The translations under genes and the position numbers were made by a program. Shown one piece after another: positions 19,384 to 27,314 of a stretch of 34,295 nucleotides of DNA. Source of the stretch: a virus (Duplodnaviria > Caudoviricetes); IMG/VR virus record IMGVR_UViG_3300020446_000002, positions 1 through 34,295 of that record; one strand, 5' to 3'. The notes under the pieces are model-generated. The model did not search any database and was not told the DNA's origin. It worked only from the letters and a program-made list of their open reading frames with translations. The number at the start of each line of letters is the position of its first letter. Position 1 is the first letter of the stretch.

Positions 19384-19956
19384 TTAGATGTTTAATAATT
19401 CGCAAAGTGCTTGACCATTTGAAATTTCTTTATTTTTTTTATAATGATTTATTTTTTTCATTATTGATTTTTTTTGTTCAGATGTAACAGTTAATTCAAA
19501 TGTAACTGAATCATTATCTGAATTTGAACTACCATAATTTATTTTATTTTCAATTATAGCATCTGGGTCATCAATAAAGTTTATTTCATCAAATTGAAAA
19601 GGTGAAAAACCCCATTCAATAAGTTTTTCATGTTGAAAATGTGACTCTAATAATTTAAAATCAAATTCACCAATATTTTTATTTAATCTAATATTTAATT
19701 CTTTTTCATCATTTAAATTTAAATCAACATAAATGCATGGAATAGTTTTAAATTTTAATTCTTTACAAATTTTAAATCTTTGATGACCACCAATTAAAAT
19801 GTTTTTTCTTTCTGGATTCTTATTTAATATTATAGGGTCAATTAAACCAAATTTTTCAATACTTATTTTAAGCTGCTTTTTATTTTCTTTGGATAAAAGT
19901 CTAGGATTATAATTTGATAAATTAATTTCTTTAATATTAATATTTTCTATAATCAT
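19384..19956 (-). CDS. Second ParB/Srx N-terminal domain protein
   Basis: YNPR, LKISIEKFGLIDPIILN, IGGHQRF and LNIRLNK..GEFD motifs. Confidence 0.88.
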   Translation of the reverse strand: MIIENINIKEINLSNYNPRLLSKENKKQLKISIEKFGLIDPIILNKNPERKNILIGGHQRFKICKELKFKTIPCIYVDLNLNDEKELNIRLNKNIGEFDFKLLESHFQHEKLIEWGFSPFQFDEINFIDDPDAIIENKINYGSSNSDNDSVTFELTVTSEQKKSIMKKINHYKKNKEISNGQALCELLNI

Positions 19957-20099
19957 TTTAATTGATTAATTAAGAATTGCAGTTCATCAATTTGATTTTG
20001 TGTTTTTTTTATATCATTCTGCCTGTCAGTCAATTGGTAAAATTCTTTCCAACTAAATAAATTCTGTAAATTTTTAATTAATTCTTTTTTGTTTTTCAT
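19953..20099 (-). CDS. Hypothetical protein, 48 aa (MKNKKELIKNLQNLFSW...)
   Basis: Manual translation; ATGA overlap with the ParB start. Confidence 0.55.
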   Translation of the reverse strand: MKNKKELIKNLQNLFSWKEFYQLTDRQNDIKKTQNQIDELQFLINQLK

Positions 20100-20226
20100 C
20101 ACCAATTATATACAACTGTACTAAAATAGAAATTATTAAGTACAATATTGATATAATTTTTATAATCGTGTTTTCAGTTATTGAAAATATAACGAGATTG
20201 AATCCTATTGAATTTAAAATATACAT
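20074..20226 (-). CDS. Putative small membrane protein, 50 aa
   Basis: Manual translation MYILNSIGFNLVIF...IIKIISILYLIISILVQLYII; begins 2 nt after the upstream stop. Confidence 0.45.
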   Translation of the reverse strand: MYILNSIGFNLVIFSITENTIIKIISILYLIISILVQLYIIGDEKQKRIN

Positions 20227-20228
20227 AA

Positions 20229-20435
20229 TTAAAAAGGTTCCTCAAAAGATTTTTTTTCAAATACATGAATTATAAATTTATCATCTAATTTTAATGGCAT
20301 CGAATGAATCTCGATTGATTGTTTGCCGTCCTTTTCAAAAGATGTGCCAATTTTAATCCATTGTGTTTTTTCTTGACCACCTTTATTGATGTATTTTTTT
20401 GCATAGCAAACATCTTTTATATTTAAATTACTCAT
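20229..20435 (-). CDS. Small putative ssDNA-binding protein
   Basis: Beta-rich GQEKTQWIKIGTSF core and an SSB-like acidic/aromatic C-terminus EEPF. Confidence 0.55.
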   Translation of the reverse strand: MSNLNIKDVCYAKKYINKGGQEKTQWIKIGTSFEKDGKQSIEIHSMPLKLDDKFIIHVFEKKSFEEPF

Positions 20436-20452
20436 TATTATAGTTTATTAAA

Positions 20453-20460
20453 CAAATATA
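20453..20460 (-). promoter_or_regulatory. -7 element TATATTTG upstream of the SSB-like/ParB/glycosyltransferase genes
   Basis: Exact consensus in the intergenic gap, 17 nt before ATG 20435. Confidence 0.6.
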
Positions 20461-20466
20461 AGATTT

Positions 20467-20922
20467 TTATTTGTTTTTAAGGTTAAATTTTAGATTTATT
20501 TTTTTTAATTCATTTCTCATTTTATCTAACATAGGTTTTGCCTCTGCGTGTGTTATTGATTTTTTTAATGGTGGTTCTAATTGTTTGATTTTATTATATT
20601 TTTCTTTATTTATATGATGATTATAATTTAATAATATTTTTCCAATAAATATTGTATTGAAAGAGCCAAAAGGTTCGATTATATTCCAATATTTGCCAGA
20701 TGAATTTAATTGAAAAGATTTTATTAAATCATTAATTGTAATTCTAGGATAATTCATTAAAATAAATTTTTCTGCAATTTCAATTTCAATTTTATCTGGT
20801 TTTAATCCGACCATTATTGCACAATAAACTAATGTTTGTTGTATCTCTTTTTTACCAACCAAATTCTTTTCCAATTTGTTCAGCATAATTTCCTGTTTTT
20901 GATTTGATGTTTTTTTTATCAT
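20467..20922 (-). CDS. Replication-associated protein (possible helicase loader)
   Basis: 151 aa overlapping the initiator's 3' end; function inferred from position. Confidence 0.45.
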   Translation of the reverse strand: MIKKTSNQKQEIMLNKLEKNLVGKKEIQQTLVYCAIMVGLKPDKIEIEIAEKFILMNYPRITINDLIKSFQLNSSGKYWNIIEPFGSFNTIFIGKILLNYNHHINKEKYNKIKQLEPPLKKSITHAEAKPMLDKMRNELKKINLKFNLKNK

Positions 20923-21532
20923 TTTTTATTTTTTTATTAAGCCATTTATCAATATTAGAATCATTGCGTAAAAAATATTCTGGAGTTAAATAAATATAAT
21001 TATTTTCAATGTGGTATTTATCATTATAGGCATTATTAATTGATTCTTTTATATCATCAATGGTAAAAGTTTTTAATCTAGATTTTAACTTTTCTTTGTT
21101 TATTATCCTAAAATTTCTACCAAATTTTGAATTTATATAATTTAATAATTCTTTACTGTTTTTATTATTATCATTAACTATATTATTAACTATATTATTT
21201 GGTTGTCGGTCATGATTAGGGGGTATGTCATTTTTGATAAACGGGTTATTAATAAATGATAATTTTAAAAATATTTTTCTGGATGTGCCATTTTCATTTT
21301 TATTTAATTCATTTTTAATAAAACCTAATTTATCTAATTTTGAAATACTTCTTGAAATTGTAATTGATGAACAGTTTAATATTTCAGATATATATTTATT
21401 CGATGCCCAACAATAACCTTTGTCATGTGTTAAATTTGAAATAACAGCAAAAACCAATTTATCCTTATCATTTAAATTTTTACTGTATAAAATTTCACTA
21501 GGAATTACAGCAACCCAACTTTTAAATTTCAT
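20852..21532 (-). CDS. Replication initiator (N-terminal wHTH, conserved phage C-terminal domain)
   Basis: GYCWASNKYISEILNCS..TISRSISKL..LGFI; Asn-rich linker; YLTPEYFLR..NIDKWLN. Confidence 0.85.
   Translation of the reverse strand: MKFKSWVAVIPSEILYSKNLNDKDKLVFAVISNLTHDKGYCWASNKYISEILNCSSITISRSISKLDKLGFIKNELNKNENGTSRKIFLKLSFINNPFIKNDIPPNHDRQPNNIVNNIVNDNNKNSKELLNYINSKFGRNFRIINKEKLKSRLKTFTIDDIKESINNAYNDKYHIENNYIYLTPEYFLRNDSNIDKWLNKKIKNDKKNIKSKTGNYAEQIGKEFGW
21173..21199. repeat. Tandem 12-bp repeat ATTAACTATATT x2 in the initiator linker (possible origin region)
   Basis: Seen directly; encodes NNIVNNIVN. Confidence 0.45.
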
Positions 21533-21776
21533 CAGTATCAGTTTTGTGTTTTAAAACAGACAATAATATTTTAACCCTTTGAAGTTCTGCATATAATCTA
21601 GCCAATTTTTCATTAAAAAATTCAAATTCATAATTAAAATTTAATAGTTCATCATCTGTTTTGTATAAATATTTAGGTTTATCATCATTAATTTTTTTAA
21701 AATGTGATATATATTTAATTAATCTTTCATGATAATTATTCCAATAATCATAAGTATATGGTTCAAAATCACGCAT
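21522..21776 (-). CDS. Hypothetical protein, 84 aa
   Basis: ORF track; overlaps both neighbours. Confidence 0.7.
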   Translation of the reverse strand: MRDFEPYTYDYWNNYHERLIKYISHFKKINDDKPKYLYKTDDELLNFNYEFEFFNEKLARLYAELQRVKILLSVLKHKTDTDEI

Positions 21777-22080
21777 TATTTAAATTTTTAAAATGGTTTC
21801 TAATTTCAGGTTCTAACTTTTCAATTCTTTTCAGATATTTTTTACCTCTTGTTTCTGGATGATTTTTTTGAATGAATCTTCTTGACCTAAAAATTGATTT
21901 AGGCGAATGAAGTTTATTATTGCCTACATGATAAATTAAATTATTTATTTCTAAACCTTTTAATTTACATTCAATAATCCAAACCTGCTCTAATAAAAAA
22001 TTGTCATTATCTCTGGTATGTGGATAATCAGTTAAAATTTCTTTAACCAAATCTTTACATTTTAATATATTATATTCCAT
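21769..22080 (-). CDS. Hypothetical protein, 103 aa
   Basis: VKEILTDYPHTRDND..L and SIFRSRRFIQ..HPE.RG motifs resemble a recurrent small phage family. Confidence 0.75.
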   Translation of the reverse strand: MEYNILKCKDLVKEILTDYPHTRDNDNFLLEQVWIIECKLKGLEINNLIYHVGNNKLHSPKSIFRSRRFIQKNHPETRGKKYLKRIEKLEPEIRNHFKNLNNA

Positions 22081-22091
22081 TTTTATTTTTT

Positions 22092-22358
22092 TTAATTATT
22101 AAACAATTCAACACACTTCCCATAGTATTCAGATGATTGTTTTCTACATTCAACTAATGTATTAAGCAAATCTTCAATAATATCTTTAGGTATCAAAATA
22201 CAATCTTTACCGTCATTTGATTTTATATTTGTATGTTCCATTTCATTAAAAGCGCATAATCTACCAGATACAGTTGCTAATTTTCTAGAATTATCACAAA
22301 GTAATGTTTCAGCAATTTCAAGTTTATCATATTGCATTTGTAAAATTGATTTTTTCAT
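22092..22358 (-). CDS. Hypothetical protein (start ATG 22358 or 22370)
   Basis: ORF track; first gene of the leftward unit. Confidence 0.65.
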   Translation of the reverse strand: MKKSILQMQYDKLEIAETLLCDNSRKLATVSGRLCAFNEMEHTNIKSNDGKDCILIPKDIIEDLLNTLVECRKQSSEYYGKCVELFNN

Positions 22359-22394
22359 AATATTACACATAATTGTTAGTTTTTAAATTTAATA

Positions 22395-22425
22395 CAATAT
22401 TAATGATTAAAGCAATATGGTGCAA
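22395..22425 (-). promoter_or_regulatory. Leftward promoter TTG-N20-TAATATTG (variant -7 element)
   Basis: Located in the divergence gap with the same spacing as the rightward promoters. Confidence 0.5.
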
Positions 22426-22467
22426 GAAAAAAGAAACAAAAATATTTATTTTTTTTGTCTTAAATGG

Positions 22468-22500
22468 TTGCAAGTAACAAAATTTTGTATTATATTTGTT
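22468..22500 (+). promoter_or_regulatory. Early promoter P1, TTG-N20-TATATTTG
   Basis: Bacteroidetes -33/-7 consensus. Confidence 0.8.
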
Positions 22501-22529
22501 TAACTAATAAGATAATTAAAAACATAATC

Positions 22530-22742
22530 ATGGAAAACATTTACCAAAAAATTGAAAAAATAACCAAAATAAATAAATCTCATAAATTTGAAATAAATGG
22601 TGAAAAATTTAAAACCTTTATTGATTTTGAAAATGATTTTTGCTTAACCCATTATGGAAAATGGAATACTAAAAATGGAGAAAATTCTTGGTGTGTATAT
22701 AATGCTAAAGGTCTTGAAAACAAAATAAATAATTTAAAATAA
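22530..22742 (+). CDS. Hypothetical early protein, 70 aa (ATG 22530 preferred)
   Basis: The ORF-track start at 22464 lies upstream of promoter P1. Confidence 0.7.
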   Translation: MENIYQKIEKITKINKSHKFEINGEKFKTFIDFENDFCLTHYGKWNTKNGENSWCVYNAKGLENKINNLK

Positions 22743-22754
22743 AAAACAATAGTA

Positions 22755-22788
22755 TTTGGAAATAACAAAAATAACAATTATATTTGTT
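22755..22788 (+). promoter_or_regulatory. Early promoter P2, TTTG-N20-TATATTTG
   Basis: Consensus match; shares TTATATTTGTTTAACTAAT with P1. Confidence 0.8.
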
Positions 22789-22814
22789 TAACTAATCATT
22801 TAAAAAAACAGAAC

Positions 22815-23090
22815 ATGAAAAATTTAAAAACATTCCAATCAGAAAATAAAGAAGGATTTATCGTAAATATAGACATTACAAAACTTTTAGAAGATTCACC
22901 AATAAACATAATAAGAAAATTAGAAAATTGGTTAAAAGAAAACCACACTGATATTTATTGGGATATTGAAATGCATGAGGGTGGTACTGTTTACCTAGAA
23001 CAATACTCCAATGGTTATAATATTGTATTTACAGGAGATAATGGTATTTTCAGATTAAAAGAAATTGAAACTGAAACAATTGAACTATGA
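22815..23090 (+). CDS. Hypothetical early protein, 91 aa
   Basis: ORF track. Confidence 0.75.
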   Translation: MKNLKTFQSENKEGFIVNIDITKLLEDSPINIIRKLENWLKENHTDIYWDIEMHEGGTVYLEQYSNGYNIVFTGDNGIFRLKEIETETIEL

Positions 23091-23350
23091 TAAACATGAA
23101 AAACGACAAAGAATTTTTTGATTATCTCGATAAATTAGCAGAATCTAAAAAAAAAACATTTAGACCTATGTTGCCAAAAGAAACAAAACAATTTATGGCA
23201 TTAGATTTATATAATAGAAATATAAAATTATCAAAAGAAAAAATTAAAATTGCAAAAGATATTGGCAAAGAAAATTTTATAATTATAACAAAAGAAAAAA
23301 ACAGAATAAAAAAACAATTAAAAAAAAACAGAAATGAATCCAGAAATTAA
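23087..23350 (+). CDS. Hypothetical basic protein, 87 aa
   Basis: ORF track; ATGA overlap. Confidence 0.7.
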   Translation: MINMKNDKEFFDYLDKLAESKKKTFRPMLPKETKQFMALDLYNRNIKLSKEKIKIAKDIGKENFIIITKEKNRIKKQLKKNRNESRN

Positions 23351-24188
23351 TTTTATTGATACTCTTAAGTATCAAAAACCTAAAAATAATAATTTATCTT
23401 ATTCATCATTAAAAGCTTTTAATAAATCGCCTTTAGATTTTTTATTATATATAAACAAAGATTATACTATTACTGAATCAATGATTTTAGGTTCTTTAAT
23501 AGATTGTTTATTATTAACTCCAGAAAATTTTGAAAGCAAATATTTAGTTGTAGGGAACTATGATAGACGCACAAAATCTGGAAAAGAATTACATGATAAA
23601 TATTTAAAACAATCTGAAAAGGAAAACAAAGAAATAGTTAAAAAATCAATATATGACAAATGTTGTATTATTGTTAATTCAATAAAAAACAACCATAAGG
23701 CAAAATATTTATTAGAACATACACATACAATTCAATATAAGGTAAATTTTAATCATAAGGTAGAAAATGAAATTTATAATATAAGAGGATTTGCAGACGG
23801 TGTTGGTGAATTTTCAAAAGAAAAACCATTTATATTCGATTTAAAAACAACAAACAAAATAGACCAACATTTTTATACTAGACAAATAATTGATTTAATG
23901 TATCATTTACAGGCATCAATTTACACAATGGGTTATTTTGTAGAAAATTTTAAATTTCCAGATTTTTACCATATTGTAGTAGAAACATCAGAACCATATA
24001 AGGTTAATGTTTTCAAATTTGATAATGAATTTATTAAAACAGGAAAAGATATTTTTAAATCTTTATTGCAAAATTTTCATGATTGTAAAAAAAATAACTC
24101 ATGGAATCAAGGTTCAGAATTTTTTGAACCAAATATTGTAGAAATAACAACACCAGAATGGTATAATAATTTAATTGAAAATGAGTAA
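23334..24188 (+). CDS. PD-(D/E)xK exonuclease, RecE/ExoVIII (DUF3799)-like
   Basis: LSYSSLKAF..SP, GSLIDCLLL, DRRTKSGK, RGFAD, FDLKTT, YHLQASIY and VETSEPY motifs. Confidence 0.9.
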   Translation: MNPEINFIDTLKYQKPKNNNLSYSSLKAFNKSPLDFLLYINKDYTITESMILGSLIDCLLLTPENFESKYLVVGNYDRRTKSGKELHDKYLKQSEKENKEIVKKSIYDKCCIIVNSIKNNHKAKYLLEHTHTIQYKVNFNHKVENEIYNIRGFADGVGEFSKEKPFIFDLKTTNKIDQHFYTRQIIDLMYHLQASIYTMGYFVENFKFPDFYHIVVETSEPYKVNVFKFDNEFIKTGKDIFKSLLQNFHDCKKNNSWNQGSEFFEPNIVEITTPEWYNNLIENE

Positions 24189-24333
24189 AATTTCTCCAGA
24201 TGACAAACTAAATGCTTTAAAAGAATTACAAATTTATTACAGGGCATTAAAAATATGTAAATGGTATAATTATTTTAAAAAGAAATCATTAAAAAAACAT
24301 ATTGAGTTAATAAAATATATATATGAGGTATGA
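24181..24333 (+). CDS. Hypothetical protein, 50 aa (MSKISPDDKLNALKEL...)
   Basis: Manual translation; overlaps both neighbours. Confidence 0.6.
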   Translation: MSKISPDDKLNALKELQIYYRALKICKWYNYFKKKSLKKHIELIKYIYEV

Positions 24334-24590
24334 ATAAAAAAGAAACAACACGCAGAATTAAAACGATTCAAAGTATAATTTGGTTGCTTGAAATTGATGA
24401 GAGATTTAAAAAAGAAACCAGAATTTTAAAAATCATTTTTTCATATTTAACCATAGATGATGAAACACAAATGTTTGAAACAATTAAAAAAATAATTGGA
24501 AAAAAACAACATGATAAAATAATTTCAGAAATAAAAGGTTATGAATACAAGTACAATTCAAAAAAAAATAATACAATTAGCAATAAATAA
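24330..24590 (+). CDS. Hypothetical protein, 86 aa
   Basis: ORF track. Confidence 0.7.
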   Translation: MNKKETTRRIKTIQSIIWLLEIDERFKKETRILKIIFSYLTIDDETQMFETIKKIIGKKQHDKIISEIKGYEYKYNSKKNNTISNK

Positions 24591-24960
24591 AAGGCATTAT
24601 TTAGTTACAAAAAATTTTTATTTTTTTAAAGATTGGGAGTGTGATGTACTTAGCGTTTCTTACAATGATATGGTTACGGAATACGAAATTAAAAAATCTC
24701 GAAATGATTTTAAAGCAGATTTTAATAAAAAAGATAAACATTTTTCTACCTCAAATGGATATGGTGCTAACTATTTTTACTATGCTTGTCCTGTGAACCT
24801 TATTTCTGTTGATGAAATACCAGAGTATAGCGGTTTAATTTATTGCACACCTAGAGGTGGTTATATAATGAAACAAGCACCAATACTACATCAAGAAACT
24901 TTAACATTTAAACAATTGAAAAAAATTGCTAATAAAATAATGAGTTCTAAGTATGTCTAA
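24541..24960 (+). CDS. MmcB-like PD-(D/E)xK nuclease
   Basis: ECDVLSV, EYEIKKSRNDFKAD, NYFYYACP and EIPEYSGL motifs. Confidence 0.8.
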   Translation: MNTSTIQKKIIQLAINKRHYLVTKNFYFFKDWECDVLSVSYNDMVTEYEIKKSRNDFKADFNKKDKHFSTSNGYGANYFYYACPVNLISVDEIPEYSGLIYCTPRGGYIMKQAPILHQETLTFKQLKKIANKIMSSKYV

Positions 24961-25348
24961 ATATATAGGTTTTTTTAAGGTAGATGAAAGAGGAACTACG
25001 ATTTGGAAAAATTTAAAAGAATTGAAAAAATTTATATCAAGTTTAGATTCTGGAAAATATATGATACAAATTAGCACATTTGTAGAAAATAGAACCTTAG
25101 ACCAAAACAAATATTATTGGAAAATAATCGAAATAATTGCCAAAGAAATTGGTTACGAACCAAATGAATTGCACAATATTTTTAAATATAAATTTTTACA
25201 AAAAACAATAACTGATTCAAATGGAAATATGGTTAAAGGTTTAAAATCTACAAGTGATTTAAATATTAATGAGTTTATTGAATACATTGATAATATAAAA
25301 TATTACGTGTTAAATGAATTAGAAATAATTTTACCAGAAACCTTTTGA
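24953..25348 (+). CDS. ninB: NinB/Orf-family recombination protein
   Basis: RTLDQNKYYW, LHNIFKYKFL and STSDLNINEFIEYID motifs. Confidence 0.85.
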   Translation: MSKYIGFFKVDERGTTIWKNLKELKKFISSLDSGKYMIQISTFVENRTLDQNKYYWKIIEIIAKEIGYEPNELHNIFKYKFLQKTITDSNGNMVKGLKSTSDLNINEFIEYIDNIKYYVLNELEIILPETF

Positions 25349-25376
25349 ATTAACAAAAATTAATCTTATATTTGTT
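25344..25376 (+). promoter_or_regulatory. Early promoter P3, TTTG-N19-TATATTTG
   Basis: Consensus match in an intergenic gap. Confidence 0.78.
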
Positions 25377-25391
25377 TATTAAATTTAAAAT

Positions 25392-25601
25392 ATGAAATTT
25401 GTTATTTTAGTAAAATGGAAAAAAACAAATCTTGAAGAGGTTTATCCTACCTTAACAAGTTTTCTTGCATCTCATCCAATTGCGCCAATAGATACAATTA
25501 ACAATTACTTATCCAGAAAAAAAGAAAATTTTGAAACTGAAGATTGTATCATTAAAAAATTAGAAATAAACAGACTAAAAAAAATGTATGTTAAGGATTG
25601 A
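25392..25601 (+). CDS. Hypothetical protein, 69 aa (possible NUMOD1/HTH-like DNA binder)
   Basis: ORF directly behind P3; EVYPTLTSF...TINNYLSR pattern. The domain call is weak. Confidence 0.6.
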   Translation: MKFVILVKWKKTNLEEVYPTLTSFLASHPIAPIDTINNYLSRKKENFETEDCIIKKLEINRLKKMYVKD

Positions 25602-25746
25602 ACATGAATTATATAATACATTAATAAAAGAAATCCCAGAAATTTCGAAATCTTTAAAATCAATAAGTGAAAATTTAAAATCAATTAATAATAATTTAAA
25701 AACAGAAAAAAATGAGCAAACTATCAATTTACGAAAAAGTATCTGA
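25588..25746 (+). CDS. Hypothetical coiled-coil protein, 52 aa (MLRIEHELYNTL...)
   Basis: Manual translation; heptad LKSISENLKSINNNLK. Confidence 0.5.
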   Translation: MLRIEHELYNTLIKEIPEISKSLKSISENLKSINNNLKTEKNEQTINLRKSI

Positions 25747-26485
25747 CATAACAGGATATAAACCAAACGAAATAGCAGTAATTCAACAAAATGTAGCAAA
25801 AGGAACATCAGCAACAGAATTAGCATATTTTTTAAATGTATGCAAAACAATGACATTAAACCCATTTAATAAGGAAGTTTGGTGTTATAAAGATAAAAGA
25901 GGTAATTTATTAATTTTTGCTGGTCGTGACGGGTTTTTAAGCAAGGCTCAACAAAATCCACTTTTTAATGGCATAAGAAGTTCAGAGGTTAGAGAAAATG
26001 ATAAATGGTTTGTTGATATTGCAAATAATAAAATTGAACATATTATTGATAAATCAATAAAAGAAAGAGGCAAAATAATTTGTGCCTATTGTCTAGTTTT
26101 TCGCAAAAATGGAGAACCAACAATTGAATTAGCAGATTTTGAAACATACAATAAAGGTTTTTCTGCATGGAAAACACATCCAGCAGAAATGATTAAAAAA
26201 GTAGCTGAAACACATGCTTTAAAAAAGGCGTTTGGTATTTCTGGAATACAATCAGAGTATGATTTTAATATAAAAGATAACAATACTGTCATACCAATTG
26301 AAACAGAAAAACTTAAACTTAATTCTGAGGATGTTTTGAATAATATTGAATCAATGAAAACCAAAGATGATGTTTTGAATTATGCAATGGAAAATCTAGA
26401 AAACTTCAATGGAACCGAATCTGAATTTATGGATTTAATTAAGCCAAAATTACAAAGTTTTGAATTGTTAGAAAATGAGGCATAG
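25712..26485 (+). CDS. bet: Single-strand annealing recombinase, Bet/RecT family
   Basis: ELAYFLNVC...LNPFNKEVW, GRDGF and W...PAEMIKKVAETHALKKAFGISG motifs. Confidence 0.92.
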   Translation: MSKLSIYEKVSDITGYKPNEIAVIQQNVAKGTSATELAYFLNVCKTMTLNPFNKEVWCYKDKRGNLLIFAGRDGFLSKAQQNPLFNGIRSSEVRENDKWFVDIANNKIEHIIDKSIKERGKIICAYCLVFRKNGEPTIELADFETYNKGFSAWKTHPAEMIKKVAETHALKKAFGISGIQSEYDFNIKDNNTVIPIETEKLKLNSEDVLNNIESMKTKDDVLNYAMENLENFNGTESEFMDLIKPKLQSFELLENEA

Positions 26486-26572
26486 CAAAAGAAGTTCAAT
26501 TGCCTTATACATTTCTATTCTAAATATCATCATAAATTTTTTTATATTTTTTTACCTTTTTTTGTTGTAGTA

Positions 26573-26606
26573 TTTGCACATGACAAATATTGTTCTTATA
26601 TTTGTT
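26573..26606 (+). promoter_or_regulatory. Early promoter P4, TTTG-N20-TATATTTG
   Basis: Consensus match in an intergenic gap. Confidence 0.78.
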
Positions 26607-26629
26607 ATATAATAACAAAAACAGAAAAA

Positions 26630-26941
26630 ATGTATTTAACTTTAAAACATCTAGACCTAGAAACTATACAAAATATGCCAGAGGATGAATCTGGTTTATT
26701 AAACCAACAAATTGATTTTATTGATTCTAATAAATCAGTATTATTTGACATGATTATTGAAAGAAATATTTTTACCTATCAAGGTGATTATTTTACCCCA
26801 GATTATACCGATATCGAAACCGACATTGAGATTATTACTGATATTACTATTTTTTGTCATGATACACAAACAGAAACAATTTTAAAAAATTGTGTTTTTG
26901 AGGTAGAATTATTAGAACATTTAAAAGAATATTATAAATAA
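26630..26941 (+). CDS. Hypothetical acidic protein, 103 aa
   Basis: ORF track; D/E-rich; GDYFTP motif. Confidence 0.75.
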   Translation: MYLTLKHLDLETIQNMPEDESGLLNQQIDFIDSNKSVLFDMIIERNIFTYQGDYFTPDYTDIETDIEIITDITIFCHDTQTETILKNCVFEVELLEHLKEYYK

Positions 26942-26952
26942 AAAAAAAAGTT

Positions 26953-27273
26953 ATGAGCAGAAATTATCCAATATGGCACGAAATTACAAACTGTAATTAT
27001 AAATCAAGTAAATCTTACGGAAACAGGAATACAGGAAAAGAAACAATTTTTGTAGGTTCTAGTAAATCAAATTCTCACCAACATTGTATTATTGAACATA
27101 AAAAAACAAAAGAAATTATTAATGATACAGAATTTATTTTTTTTAGAACTTATGTAAATAATATAAAAGTTTGCGAAAGTAAATTTTCAATCAATTCAAA
27201 AGGTAATGCTGATGAGTTAATTTTCAATCATTCTATTGTTGAATTTGGAAATATGGTTGGAAAAATGATGTAG
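26953..27273 (+). CDS. Hypothetical protein, 106 aa
   Basis: ORF track. Confidence 0.75.
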   Translation: MSRNYPIWHEITNCNYKSSKSYGNRNTGKETIFVGSSKSNSHQHCIIEHKKTKEIINDTEFIFFRTYVNNIKVCESKFSINSKGNADELIFNHSIVEFGNMVGKMM

Positions 27274-27314
27274 CAATACAAAATTATAAAAAAATAATTT
27301 ATTACTTTTAAGAA

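Noticed and set aside
946-19487. Plus-strand ORFs in the track (e.g. 946..1173, 5270..5578, 11895..12332, 18852..19178)
   Set aside because: Antisense shadows of well-supported minus-strand genes, with no motifs or expression signals.
18791-19956. ParB genes as a plasmid-prophage partition system
   Set aside because: No ParA or parS-like array was seen; the terminase/transferase context fits modification-associated ParB better.
24901-26364. Minus-strand ORFs 24901..25110, 25575..25865 and 26086..26364
   Set aside because: Antisense to NinB, Bet and neighbouring genes.
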